64,000 nt of DNA from Chrysomallon squamiferum. Lineage: Eukaryota; Animalia; Mollusca. The stretch spans positions 3,596,001-3,660,000 of the forward strand of contig CM022677.1 in NCBI GenBank assembly GCA_012295275.1, read 5' to 3'. Positions within the stretch are counted from its first letter, which is position 1. Each line of letters starts with the position of its first letter. Under the pieces are notes generated by a model that was not told where the DNA came from, searched no databases, and worked only from the letters and a program-made list of their open reading frames with translations. Shown here piece by piece: positions 39,698 to 53,529 of this stretch. The translations under genes were made by a program, and so were the position numbers.

Positions 39698-39770
39698 GTC
39701 TTCATGGCTGAACGGTAACATCATCCGCCTTCAGAGTGAGTGAGTACCAAGCGTTCGATCCTAAATTCCT
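39698..39770 (+). pseudogene. Second tRNA-like unit (inverted paralog of 37553-37633)
   Basis: A box TGGCTGAACGG (39705), ccgccttcagag arm, B box GTTCGATCC (39753); shares a ~145-bp upstream block with the other copy. Confidence 0.5.
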
Positions 39771-40584
39771 CAGTCCTAAATTACACACACAGAGAGACAG
39801 ACAGACAGACAACAACGCATACAGCTGCGAGGCTACATATAAAAGTACATTCGTGAGCTCTGAGTATCCAGATCTCAGCTTTAATTTAATTTATTATTAA
39901 TTTATTTTTAATTTATTGATTTATTGATTTGTTTATGTTTTTCTGATGACGTCAGACAGCGGTGATGACGTCATAGACACGATTTGATTTGAAATTTTTA
40001 TAATGGACTCATTTGTGTCAAACAGATACATGCGAAATGTATAATGACATCTCATTGCTTTATTATGTATTTATTTATTTATTTAAGTATATCTAATGTT
40101 TATAGTTTGTATATGAAACGTGATATTACTAACTATTTCTTGCTTCATTTGTACTTTTTTTATTTCGCTTTAAATTGTATATAAAATAAAATGTAGATAA
40201 ATTACATATGTACTTACTGACTGCTGGACATGAAATACAAGAACTGTTATTTGATTTATTTATCCATTTTCTTTTATTAAGATTTATATTAAATATGTAA
40301 GTAAATTAGATTATGTTTCGAACTTACTGTTTGTTTGTTCATGTATAAGATGTACATAAAGAAAATGCAAATAAAAGTATTTTGTATCATACATTTTTAC
40401 TTCGTTTATTTTTGTATTTAATTTCTATTTAGAATGTAAACAGAAAATTTTATAGACTTAAAAATCAATTTTATTATTTGGTTTCTGTAATATTTTTCTT
40501 TTCTGCATACAGCGTGTAATACATAAAGATGTTGTGAGACAGGATTCCAGAGCAGATCCTATAACTGTACTTGATGTGTGTAGC

Positions 40585-40585
<1 letters not shown>

Positions 40586-40676
<91 letters not shown>
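40586..40676. repeat. (CT)n microsatellite
   Basis: Perfect run. Confidence 0.98.
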
Positions 40677-40681
<5 letters not shown>

Positions 40682-40919
40682 AATGAAGGAATTGTTTTCT
40701 TTTTTAAAAAACCCCACTAAAAGTATAAATGAAAGGATTAGTTCAGAGGATAGTATCGTAAATATAAATTTTCCATCAGTTAATAGCAATGGAATCTATG
40801 AATGAGTTAATGGAAGGGAGATAACTCCTGCACAGCTTATTATGAAGTGCACAAGAGTTAGCTGTTGTGGACTTGTATATTCAATGAATTAATTTTCTAT
40901 TTACAAGTGAGCTGGACTT

Positions 40920-41030
40920 GGTAGTCTTCACAGCTGGTATAATAATGACCGTTTTACGTACTCTCCTGTCTGTGGGATGGTTCATATCAATGATTCTTTG
41001 CTGCTAACTGGAAAGAGTAGCCCGTGAAGC
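40920..41030 (+). mobile_element. SINE central-domain fragment
   Basis: cctgtctgtgggatggttcatatcaatgattctttgctgctaactggaaagagtagccc resembles, from recall, a conserved metazoan SINE core seen in molluscs; no head or tail visible. Confidence 0.5.
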
Positions 41031-41143
41031 AAAATGTTTATATTGGTTCAAGTTAAGTTGCAGGTGAAAACAATTATTTCTTCTAATGTTGTCTTTATGT
41101 GACAAAAATTCTTAAAACATTTGAGAAAAATATTGTTTCTTTG

Positions 41144-41199
<56 letters not shown>

Positions 41200-41246
41200 A
41201 AATTAATACAACCAATTTTATAAATAAAGATCAAATCAGCTAAATC

Positions 41247-41450
41247 TAGTATTTATGTAAAACTAAGTAGACTGTGTACAAAGATAATCTGTCCACTAAA
41301 TGTAGTATTTATGTAAAACTAAGTAGACTGTGTACAAAGATAAACTGTCCGCTAAATGTAGTATTTATGTAAAACTAAGTAGACTGTGTACAAAGACAAA
41401 CTGTCCCCTAAATGTAGTATTTATGTAAAAACTAAGAAGACTATACAAAG
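41247..41450. repeat. 56-bp tandem repeat, ~3.5 copies
   Basis: tagtatttatgtaaaactaagtagactgtgtacaaaga... at 41247, 41303, 41359. Confidence 0.92.
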
Positions 41451-41591
41451 ATTCTGTTAGAAATTTACTTGACATGACGTTTTCTTGGTTTGTTGAGATT
41501 TTAAAAATATATAAAACTTTGTTTTAACTGTGGTAAAATGGTTATTGAAATGAAGCGTAAGTTTGTCGGTGTTTTTGTTCTTTTGTTTGTA

Positions 41592-41647
<56 letters not shown>

Positions 41648-44538
41648 TTTTTTTTTTTATATAATTATAATGACGGATATTAAACAAACGTTGCTAACAC
41701 CCTAATTTTATTTATTGATGTATTATTATTATTGTTATTCTTCTTCTTCTTCTTCTTCTTATTATTATTAGTAATAGTAGTAGTAGTAGTAGTTATGGTT
41801 TTCTTTATAATGTTCACTTTAATGTTTAAATATTAAGACCACTTATTAAAATTTTGCTTTAAAGTATGTTATCATTGTTTTATTTTATTGTTCACTTAGG
41901 AAATACGTTTTAATTTTTAAACCGAGTAATTCGACGCTCGATGCATGGATTGATACATCATAACATTACATCATTTCCAGTGCAAATGGGGAAATCCCTG
42001 TACAAAAATAACTGTCCAATCAAAATATTAGATTTGATCGGTGACATTCGGACTTTTCAAATACGTATAAATATAATAATGTTATTCTACTAACCATCAA
42101 CGATTTACTAAACCACTAACACTGAAGCGTATTAATTCTAAACTCTTCTTTTATTAGCAATCCCACAACTAATAATACTAAATCAAATAGCACCTGTATA
42201 TATTCCAGCCTGCGTCTATTTTTAGATGACGCTGCAATCGGTAGCTCCGCCCACTTGGCTGAATTCTTATAACAACTCGCCACTTTTAGACAACATCTGA
42301 TAGATAAACAGCTCAAGTTTAAATGTTAGTCACTGAAGCTTCATAACAGAATAGTTACAAACAAAACATTGTTGTTACAGTAAATGCACAAGTAATTAAA
42401 ACCCGAGAAAACACCGATATGCATTTCCCAAACAGGTTGTCTCATTCTTTAGGTGTCACATGATGTTTTCTTCTAAGAGTCTTGTGTGTAAGAGTTGTCT
42501 TCAGTTGGAAAGCTTGAGATGAACGATTTAATTAGAGCATTTTCTTCATCTGATCTGTTATGTTTTGTTTTAATTTTGAAATATTTTTACATTACAAAAT
42601 ATGTGATGAAAATAAAAACTGAGTGAAGCTGTGTTCATCATAATTAGTAAGTACTGTATACTAGTTATTACTAAGATATATGATAGATTTATTTTGATAA
42701 TGTCTCAGTTTTATTGACATGAATTTCTGTTGTGGACTCAGTCTTTTAAAGACTGATCATAGGTTCTTTAATGTTTAAGTCATTCTTCTAATTATTGGCT
42801 TTTTGATGTTAAAATATTTATTTTTCATTCTTTCAATATTTTGATAAAATATTTAAAATCATTTTTGATAATTTAACATTTTATTTTTTCAATTTCTTCT
42901 TGTTATTATTTTAAAAGTTTAACTACACTTTCTTGTTATTATTTTATTCTTACTTATACTGTAAACAGAAAGTACTACTATTATATCATGTTTAATATTA
43001 GAATTATGCAAGTGCCTGTTCTCATTATTATTATAATTATTATTAGTAGTATTAGTAGTAATAGTAGTAGTAGCATTAGTAGTAGTAGTAGTATTAAAAT
43101 ACTAATAATGTAGTATTATTATAATCTGTAAAATCACTTTGTGGAAAGACTTTGTAGATGACAGACACAGTTTGTTTTCACAGCAAGTCACTAAATACAT
43201 TTTTTATTATTTGTTCATGTTCTGAAATGCAGATAACTGTTGGTTGTCTTTAACAAATGTTTGTTTAAAACTTAATATTGACTTAAATTTCTTTTTAAAG
43301 TTTTATTCTGGAGCACAAAGAAAAAAGATTTGAAATAAAAATGAATAGTAATCACTAATCACAGATGTTAAAAATTATTCTTGAATGATAAAGTCTTGCT
43401 TAGCTTTGTTTATTTACAAAAGTGTAAATGTAAGCAGTGTTCTCAGCAATTTTTTATTAGTGCAGTCTGAATATATAATACCAGGATTTTAAAATCAGTT
43501 AAAGTGTATTCACTGAATTTTCTAGAAACAAGAAAGACAAAGTTTATTAGTAAATGTGGCTTTGTAACATTAACATAAATACTGTTTTAAATTTAGTGCC
43601 ACAAAAGGAAGATCAGTTTGATTCACTGTTTACAAATAAAATGTGTTAAATTACATCAAAGTGTAAGATAACTTGTAACACAAGACATAAACACAGTACT
43701 CTCCTAACAAAGCTTTAACAAAAAACTTTCTATTTTTCTCATGTTGTATATAAAAAAAAACTAAAATCAGATTGCAAATGGATGATATGTTGTTTGTTTC
43801 CTGCTGAAAGCATTGAAACAACCATCAGTTCAGGTTTTGTTAACTTGCTAGTATTTATTCATTTTCTCTCTGCCAAAATCTTGGTTTTGCACACTGTCTG
43901 GTGATAGTCATTATGTTATTGAATGACAGCTAGTCTCTGTTTTTCTGTATTAAAATGACTTATCTTTTTGTTTGCACAATGGATCTGATGAAATCTCTTC
44001 TATTAATTTCACTTTAAAATGCATTGTCATCTTTTAGATCACTCTGTCCATTATGAATGCAATAAACAACACAAAATGTGCTCACATGTATTTATGCAGA
44101 TTCTACTTTTCACATTAAATGTAAATGAGTGAATTTACTTAAGTATCACAACACAATGAAAATAGTCTCATTCATCTAGCTACTTTTCACACTAAATGTA
44201 AATGAGTGAATTTACTTAAGTATCACAACACAATGAAAATAGTCTCATTCATCTAGCTGCAGATATTATTACAAGACATGGGATCATTGTTTATTAATCC
44301 TTCAAAGAAGTGAGATCATTTCTTCTCACACTGTGGTCTAATTACATGCAAATTGCTGCCATTGTTTAACAAGTGAAACTACTTCTAAAACTGAGTTCCT
44401 GCAGAGAGATAGCTGATATGTATACTTTCTTTTGCTGTGGAATTTTCACTCGAAATCAGAAGTAGACAGCACATAGATCAATAATGTTTTGATATAATAG
44501 ATTAATGTTAGCAAGTCAGGACTTTCAAATGACTAGTC

Positions 44539-44826
<288 letters not shown>

Positions 44827-46210
44827 TTTCCTAATAACATAACATGACAGCTGCAAAGTGGTAGTATATTGTTTTCTGGGAATTGCCACACTGTTGATTT
44901 GTTGGTAGAGCAATCAGTAAATTAATATTCAGGATTAGGAAAATATTAAAAGTTATTCCATGGATTTCTTAAACCTGTAAAAATAGATGCCTCACACTGA
45001 ATAGTGTTTGAGAAACAAACTTTAGAGTGAAACCTCTCAGTAATTAACAAAGTAAACAATGTTTCTAAAATGAGACTTAGTGATTAATTTACTGAGTTAG
45101 AAATCATTTTAATTGTGAAGTAAAGATTCAAGTAAGTAAAACAACGAAATGTGTCTCTCCAAACCTTGGCAAAGATCAGAGACTTTTGTCTTTAGTCACC
45201 TGATATTTCAGTGTGTTCAAGTTTCTCAAACAAAATGTCAACATGCTCCTGGGCTGACATTTTCACTTTCATTATGACACACTGTGTGAAGAAAAACTTC
45301 CTCACAGACTGAGTAAGTTGTTGCATCTAGTGCAAACTAAATGGGTGATTCTCAACTGGAATTCCACAAGCACTGACATTTTTATTTTTATTGTGATACA
45401 CTGTGTGAAGAAAAACTCCTCACAGACTGAGTAAGTTGTTAGATCTGTCGATGATTCTCAACTGGGGTTCCACAAGAGATCTCTAGGTGTTCTGCAGTAA
45501 ACAGTGACAGATACACTAATCTATTTCTGATACATTTGTGTATTATTAAATGTGTGACTGCGTGATAGCATCTTCTAGTCATCCTTGTCATTTGTTCATA
45601 GGTCATTTTTACCTTGATTTATCTTAAATAAAAATACAATAATGTAATAGTTATCTGGTTTCGTTCTTTTTTTGTGTGTGTGTTTTACATATGTGATATT
45701 GGTTCTTTACATTTATTCTTTTTGTGTTCTTCACAGATGTATTATTTTTTTATTATTATTTTGTTTAATATTATTATTTAAATTTTGTAAGGTGAAATGT
45801 GTTCCAGTTAGATTAATTTAACATTAATCAATGAACTGTAACTATTATGTCATGACAATACTGATTATTCTAATATTATAATTATAATAGTAAAAATTTG
45901 GAATGCAAATAAATAATACAGAGCTAAATACTATATTAGTTTCAGCTATATTCATAATTGCTATATTCATATTTACTATTTTCATATCCTGGTTGAAATT
46001 CACTATAATTTTTGTTAAGATATATATATATCTATATTTAAAAAAAAAAAATAATAATACAATAACAAAAATAACAAGAACATGAAATAACTACAAAGAA
46101 TATAAAACAAATATATTTTTTGGTAATTGGAAGGCCACATTTTTAGGCAAAGCTAGATAAAAACTAAGAGAAATGTCATAACAGATTGGGTTGAATAGAG
46201 TACAGGCCTC

Positions 46211-46580
46211 TTGACTCAGTCTATGAAGAAATTTTATATACATGTATGTTTTTACAGTAATACTCTGTTGACTCAGTCTATGAAGAAATTTTATATACAT
46301 GTATGTTTTTACAGTAATACACTGTTGACTCAGTCTATGAAGAAATTTTATATACTTGTATGTTTTTACAGTAATACTGTTGATTTAGTCTATGAAGAAA
46401 TTTTATATACTTGTATGTTTTTACAGTAATACTGTTGATTTAGTCTATGAAGAAATTTTATATACTTGTATGTTTTACAGTCTATGAAGAAATTTTATAT
46501 ACTTGTATGTTTTTACAGTAATACTCTGTTGACTCAGTCTATGAAGAAATTTTATATACTTGTATGTTTTTACAGTAATA
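46211..46580. repeat. 57-bp minisatellite, ~6.5 copies
   Basis: ttgactcagtctatgaagaaattttatatac(a/t)tgtatgtttttacagtaatactctg at 46211, 46268... Confidence 0.93.
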
Positions 46581-46868
46581 GTCTAATCTGTTATTGTTCA
46601 AGTTTAAAAAAATTCAGAGTTAATCACTGAAAATTAAAATTTAGTTATTATTATTATTGTTGTTGTTGTTATTATTATTATTTGGTATTTATTATTCTTG
46701 AATATATCATTATTTCTTTCTTTTCTTATTTTTTAACAACTTATCTGTAACTAAATGTTTTTCTTGATTCTTGTGTATCTTTTTCACCACATATATTTCT
46801 CTGTTTCAGGCTAAATCAAAGTTACAAAAATACCTCAAAATACCTATAACAACAACAACAGTACTAGC

Positions 46869-46917
<49 letters not shown>

Positions 46918-47401
46918 ACAGTACTAATAGTAGTAGTTGTAATAATAGTAATAATAATAGCAAAAATAGCAATAACAACACAACAATAACAGTAATAATA
47001 ATTTACTATATACATTTAAATCTAATAATGAGAAAAAAAGGAATTAATGTTTTATAGAACATATATATAGCATTGTATTTTTGCTTTTGTATTAAACACA
47101 TGTTATGAAGGAATCAGGTAATTTGTTTTTAAAGAGTCATGCAATAATACATTTTTAATTTTATTCCATTAATGACTAGCTGAGCTGTACTGTAGAAAAA
47201 AGTGTCATGAGAGGAAACACAAATCTCTTCATAGAAAATTTTCACATCATTTAATTTTTCTATGTTTGATTAAATAATTATAAGGTTTATATAAAGTAAG
47301 AACCTAGAGATAATTAAGACAAGACAACAATGCATATAATAACTTTAATAATTAGAAAATAAATCTTGAAAGATAAACAAATTATAAAATATTTCACTCA
47401 C

Positions 47402-48251
47402 ATCTGATTTTTCATAAAATGCTTCTTTAAATTCATTTGGAACATTTTCTCCATATACTTTCTGCAAATCTCTGCCAATGATGAAATTTGGCCTGAAAAA
47501 CATGAAAAATAAATAAACATTACTGTAATGCTAATGATATGAAGAAGAATATTATAAAACATAATAAAGATTTAAATATTTATAATAATAATAAATAAAA
47601 CAAATTAATAATAAAAAGTAGTAGTAGTAATATGAAGAAACAAAACAAAATGTAAATAAATTAAAATGACAGTTACTAGATTAGAAAATAAAAAAAAGGA
47701 AGGGAAACTGAGATGAAATTTTCATCATTATATTACTTGATTTAAACAATTAAATATTTACAGGTAATACAGTAAATTATTTCTGCCTTGCTGGCATCTT
47801 TTTTTAATTATTCCAGACGTAATCAGTGAATAATTCAGACTTGTAGTTTTATCCAACTTTTATCATCAAACATTTTGTTGTAAAAGCTCGCCAGCCACGT
47901 ACTTTGAAATGTCTGGTTGCACTTTTGAAAACTCGCCAGTGTAAATAAAATAAATAATTGTGTTTTTACTTACCCTGGCTGTCAAGAACAATCAACTCAA
48001 GAACAATGAACACAAGATGTCACCGTCGGGCTGACATCCACGTGGATCTCATGAAGTTTTTCGCTTTTCTTCGACGACCGGTCTGATTTAACTGACATAA
48101 AAATGGTGCGATCATTATTCCAAAACATGTTACAGATGTAATCTTCACTGAAGTACCTGAAATCCGACTGACAGCTTTTCAAAGATATAGTGGTATCTCT
48201 TAAATAATCCAGAAATTCACAGACAGATTCTCTAAGTGATTCGGCCGCCAT
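47402..48251 (-). pseudogene. Spliced gene, copy B: SWIM-like exon 1 (48251-47974) plus exon 2 (47492-47402)
   Basis: MAAESLRESVCEFLDYLRDTTISLKSCQSDFRYFSEDYICNMFW...KSDRSSKKSEKLHEIHVDVSPTVTSCVHCS*, donor gtaagt. Exon 2 is open: PNFIIGRDLQKVYGENVPNEFKEAFYEKSD|gtgagt. Confidence 0.6.
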
Positions 48252-49538
48252 TGTTTTAAGCTTGTCATGTTAATGGATCAGTTTTAATTTTACTCTTTTT
48301 TTTATGTATTTATTTAATTTTATTATTTAGTTATTTATTGTTTTTTTTTTATTACTATTAATATTAATAATTTTGCTCTTAATAAATTACTGATGTCATC
48401 TACAGTTCTTATTTTTTTGTTTTTAATTATTCCTTTTAAGTGTATATTAACATTTTCTCTTATTCAGTTACTGACATCATCTGAAGTGTTTTATTTTGAT
48501 TAGTTTGTACCATTAAGCTTGTATAATGATTAAAATATCTTATGACACACTATGTATTTAAATGTTTAATTGATTTTAAATTTATTTTTCTCTACAGAGG
48601 ATATGAAACTGTTTCCTGCTGTGATGACTTGGGGATGTTCTGTTCTTACACAAACACCTGTAGTCAAAGCAGTTAAATTTGTCACTGTTGATCAAGGACT
48701 TAACTCGTTAAAGATAAGTTTTTAAAAAGTTGTGAAGAACCAATAATTATCATGTATACTTGCTATGGACCAGGTCTCAGATGAGTGTTAAAGAGTGAGA
48801 TAAATTTTCATTCAGTTTGTTGTTGTTGTTGTTATTTTCACAGTATGTATTATTATAAACTAAATTGTTGTAGGGTTCACATCAGTGTTGAAAACTTACA
48901 GCAGACAAAAGACTCCAAATGTTTAAATCTTTTTTTTAAATTTTATTATTTAGCTTATTATTCTTGCCATTCTTCTTCTTCTTCTTCTGTCATTATCATT
49001 ACTGTTATTATTATGATCATCATCATCAACATCATCACCCTTATTATTTGTATTATTGGAATAATCATTATTGTAGTTGATGTACATTCCTGTCTTTTGA
49101 AGCTGCATGTAAAACATCCTTTATCTGCCAGTAAAAACTCTCACAGAGGAATTTCTCTTTGTACAATTTCTGTTCATAAATTTAGTTTTATACTTAACAA
49201 ATGTTAATATTTAAAAACTTTTAATGATTCACTGTAATTGTAATCATTCTACATATATGAATCATGATAACCAGTAATATTAAAAAAGTACAGATATATT
49301 AAATATTCATTTTTATTCTTATTTATTTACAGCCTCTATAGCAGAACTCTGCTATTTCATCCTGGTTTAACATCTGTTAGTTCTGAGACCAGGAAACTGA
49401 AATTAACTCAGACTGGACAAAGTTCTTTATTAAAACATCATGGAAAATAAAAACCTGCACAAACTATTGTAAGTTTGTCTTTATTATTAGATTAATATTA
49501 TTTCTTATTTGTGTGTGTGTGTGTGCCTGTGTGTCTGT

Positions 49539-49597
<59 letters not shown>

Positions 49598-49926
49598 GGG
49601 GGGTTGTTTAAGAATGTTGGTATGCAAGATAAAAGACATGGAAAATATTACTCAGGTAATATTATACTTATAATTAACTTTTATGATTTCAGAACATTAT
49701 TACTGTGTAGAACTGACAGAAGCAGTCACAGACTGCGAGAAGAGATCTGAGATTGGTGTAAAACCAAGAGTGAGACAATTTAAAATTAAATATTTTAACA
49801 TGTAAACAGTTGTCACATAATGTTACTAAACAAATGCTAAATAAATTAATAATACTGATAAATAAGTTATTAATAAATTATCTTTACAAAATCAAATTGA
49901 ATATTTATTAAATATGTTGCAATAGC

Positions 49927-49986
<60 letters not shown>

Positions 49987-52019
49987 TGTGTGTTTGTATA
50001 TATATCTAGCCATACATTTCAATATGTATATGTAAATGCACTATCTTTTATTTATTTATTTATTTTCTGTAGTTATTTACCTGTTTTCTTATTTATTTAT
50101 TTATTTATTTTAGTTTATCCACAACATGGCAAAAGAAATATATTGGTCACCAGTGCTCTTCCATATATCAGCACTGTCCCTCACCATGGCAACATCACTG
50201 GTTGTGTAGTCAGTTCTTATGTTTTCTCCAGGTAACACATTTTATTTTATGTGTTAGAGTTATCTGCCTTTGCAAATTTATGTTTTATTATTTTAGCTTT
50301 TTGAACTATTCTATTTGTATTGTTATTTTTGTTTATTTTATTTTAAATAACATATTATGATTTTATTATTTGATTAGTAGTATTAAAGTCTTTACAAAAA
50401 TTAGTTATATATGTTATTGTTATTTCAGTTAATTTCATTATTATTTAATATGTATGTTATTCTTATTACAATTAATTTTATTATTACTTATTATATATGT
50501 TATTATTTTTAAATTTAATTTTGTTATTACTTATTATATATGCTATTCTTATTTCAGTTAATTTTATTATTACCTATTATATATGTTATTATTATTTCAG
50601 TTAATTTTATTATTACTTGTTTTAGTGTCATTATTTCAGAATGTTCAAAGTGTGGCTGTACAATATGAGAGGTCACCAGTGTGATGTATGTGACTCATCA
50701 ATGCTGTAGAAATGAAAAACACAAAATATAAATCTTGTAAGTCATTACCAGTCATTAAAACATCACAACTATTTTTAGATTCACCAAAGGTAAACCTGAT
50801 TTGTTTTTTCTTGATTCATTTGATGATAAAGTTTCAAATCCTTCTGAACTTCTTTTTTTCAGTTAAGTATGTCAATTCTAAAGATTTCAACATTTGTTTG
50901 GTGGGGTATGAATTTAATAGTTATTTATGGTTGTTTTATATAAGAAATTGCTAAATTATTAGAATATTTTAATAAGTAAATAATTTTAGGGGTTTCACCA
51001 AATAGTTGTATTCAGCTTAATGATAACTGTTCTTATCCATTTGTATGAGACCAGTGTATTGACACACACACACACACTGACTCATCCTATATATATTTAT
51101 TTGTATTTCATCGCTGACTTAGAAAACAACTATCTTGAAGCAGGATCTTGTTTCCTTCTTCTTTCATGATTATTATTTTATTCCTTACCCTCCTCTACCC
51201 TGTCTACAACCCTCATTTTAAAAAATTATTAAATTATGTTTGCTGTTTATTCAAATATTTGAATTTCTTTCATTTATTTATTTATTTATTTATTGATTTA
51301 TTTATTGATTTATTACTTTGAATATATTTAATTTACACTTACTTTTTATTACATTTATAAGAAAAGTGAAAGTTAAATAGTTAACTTGTATGTGTGTGTG
51401 CTCTTGTTTTATAATTAAAGCTACATTATTTTTGTATTTTCTTTATTTAATGTTCAGTGATAATTCTTGATTATATGGACATACCTGGAAACCCACTTGG
51501 TCTTTTCAAAGATGTCAGGGAAAGATCTCTGGCCTTGTTAATGGAAATGTGAGTGGATTTCCTAGAAATGTTGTTATGTGTTTCTAATTCTGCAGCAAAT
51601 TTAGTTGTGATAGTTCCCTGTATTACATCTCTTTCAGGGAATGATATTTCATTTAATCAGAAATAAAAGGTTTAATGTTTTAATTAAAAAAATATTGTTT
51701 TAATTCTTTCTGTCATTTTGCAACAATGTAAATAAAATGATATAAAAGGTTATGATTAGAAAATTACTAGCAACCTTACTGAATACTTTCATTATGTTGT
51801 TTTGATAACCATACACATGCAAACTTTACTTCTGTGAATGAACTGTTTTATATTCTTAAACAACAAAAAAAATCCACACATTTATTTAAGTATTTTATTA
51901 ACTTGTAATGGTAATGGATGCACTATTTCTTACTAGAAACAAATTCAATGAAATAATAATATGTTTCTTTCTTTCTTTATTTATATTTTTTGTTTGTTTG
52001 ATGAAATTAATAAATTGTA

Positions 52020-52500
52020 AATTATTTCAAGATTATGAACATCTTGTACAGGTAGCAGTTCTGTATTTGACAGGTACAATCTCCATGGAGACCAGTACAC
52101 TCAGACTGGTGAACTAAGAAAAAGGGAGGTAATTCATCATATCACATTGAAGCAGGTGTTAAGAGTCTGTGATATGAAACACTGGTTTTACACTCTTCAT
52201 GCAGAATTCCAGGACATCACATACCCTCTTGTTTACATGTTCCTTCCAAACAAGACTCAAGCTACTTATGTCTCAGTTTTTCAACTCTTGAAGATTGAAG
52301 CAGAAAAAAACTTCAATTTGAAGCCACAGATTATCTAGACCGACTTTGAGAAAGCTGTCTGCAGTGCAGCAGTGAAAGAGTTCAAGGAGATGTTTTTTCA
52401 GCAGTGCCCAAGCTCTGTGGAGGAAGACTCAGCATATTGGTCATACAAAGAAGATTCTGGTAACAGTAGTGAAAGATTTAGAATCATCTAGTTAAAGTTC
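52020..52500 (+). mobile_element. MULE/Mutator transposase fragment, present in duplication copy B only
   Basis: FYTLHAEFQDITYPLVYMFLPNKTQATYVSVFQLLK...LKPQII*TDFEKAVCSAAVKEF matches the MULE-domain signature (PLV..LPNK...Y; TDFE.A); absent from copy A. Confidence 0.85.
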
Positions 52501-53378
52501 TTAGTGATTAGGTAAAAGAAAATGTGTAGTAATATACTGACAGATTAGTCTTGAAGTTTGTTTTCATTAATATATATTCTATAAAATGTTTAATCTTTTC
52601 AGTTATTTAACACCTAATATCAAACTATATTATAGTATATAATTAATTTATTTTGTTTTTAATTTACTTTTTTATTTGTTTTATATTTATTTAATTTTTT
52701 TGTTTTGAGTATTTAGATTTTATATTAAAATAAACTAATGTAGTATTAACTATGTTAATTCACAGTGCAGGAAAGCTATAGTCATACTGGTGAAAATACT
52801 GTTTATTAATGTTTAATATATTTTTATTATTTTATTTTATATTTTCAATTATTGACACATTTCTTTTGTTAAATCACTGTTTTTAAATTATAATAAAAAC
52901 ACTTATAAATCATATTACAGGTTTTTTGTATTCATACATTTTTCATAAAAAAAAATGATTATGTTACTTTCTTTTAGTTTTTGAAAAATATATATAAAAA
53001 TGATTAATGAAAAAATATTACATACAGACAAAGAACATTTTTGATTTGTTTTCTTCTTTTTTTTAAAAATAGATTATTGATATAATTTTATTTTACTACT
53101 GAATTTTGTAGTGGAGAATAATATGAGGAACTGTTTTTATGTTAATTTGTAATTAACATTTGTTCTAAATTAAGATTACTGGCTTCAATAAAGATTAGAG
53201 AAATATCAATGACTAATGGCTTTGACTGCTGTGTTGTAATTTTAATACTTTGGGTAACTTTTAAATAATAATCTGTTTTTATTTCCAATGAATGACAGGG
53301 TTATTAATTATAAATATTATATTTTTTAAGTAATCTAATTTTATTTATTACTTTTGTAGGATAAAAAAACCATTTTGT

Positions 53379-53508
<130 letters not shown>

Positions 53509-53529
53509 GATATTGATATAGATATGTAT

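Larger units (their letters stand above)
47293..52850 (+). repeat. Segmental duplication, copy B
   Basis: Colinear with 4031-8995. Extra segment ~47397-47833; lacks the equivalent of 4594-5183; extra ~700 bp at ~51995-52690. Confidence 0.95.

Noticed and set aside
39725-39740. TCA anticodon suggesting tRNA-Sec or an opal suppressor
   Set aside because: The paralog has TCG, so a CpG>CpA change explains it; no Sec-type long acceptor or variable arms.
45452-45500. Possible hAT terminus (tgattctcaactggggttcc)
   Set aside because: No intact CAG start, partner TIR or TSD found.
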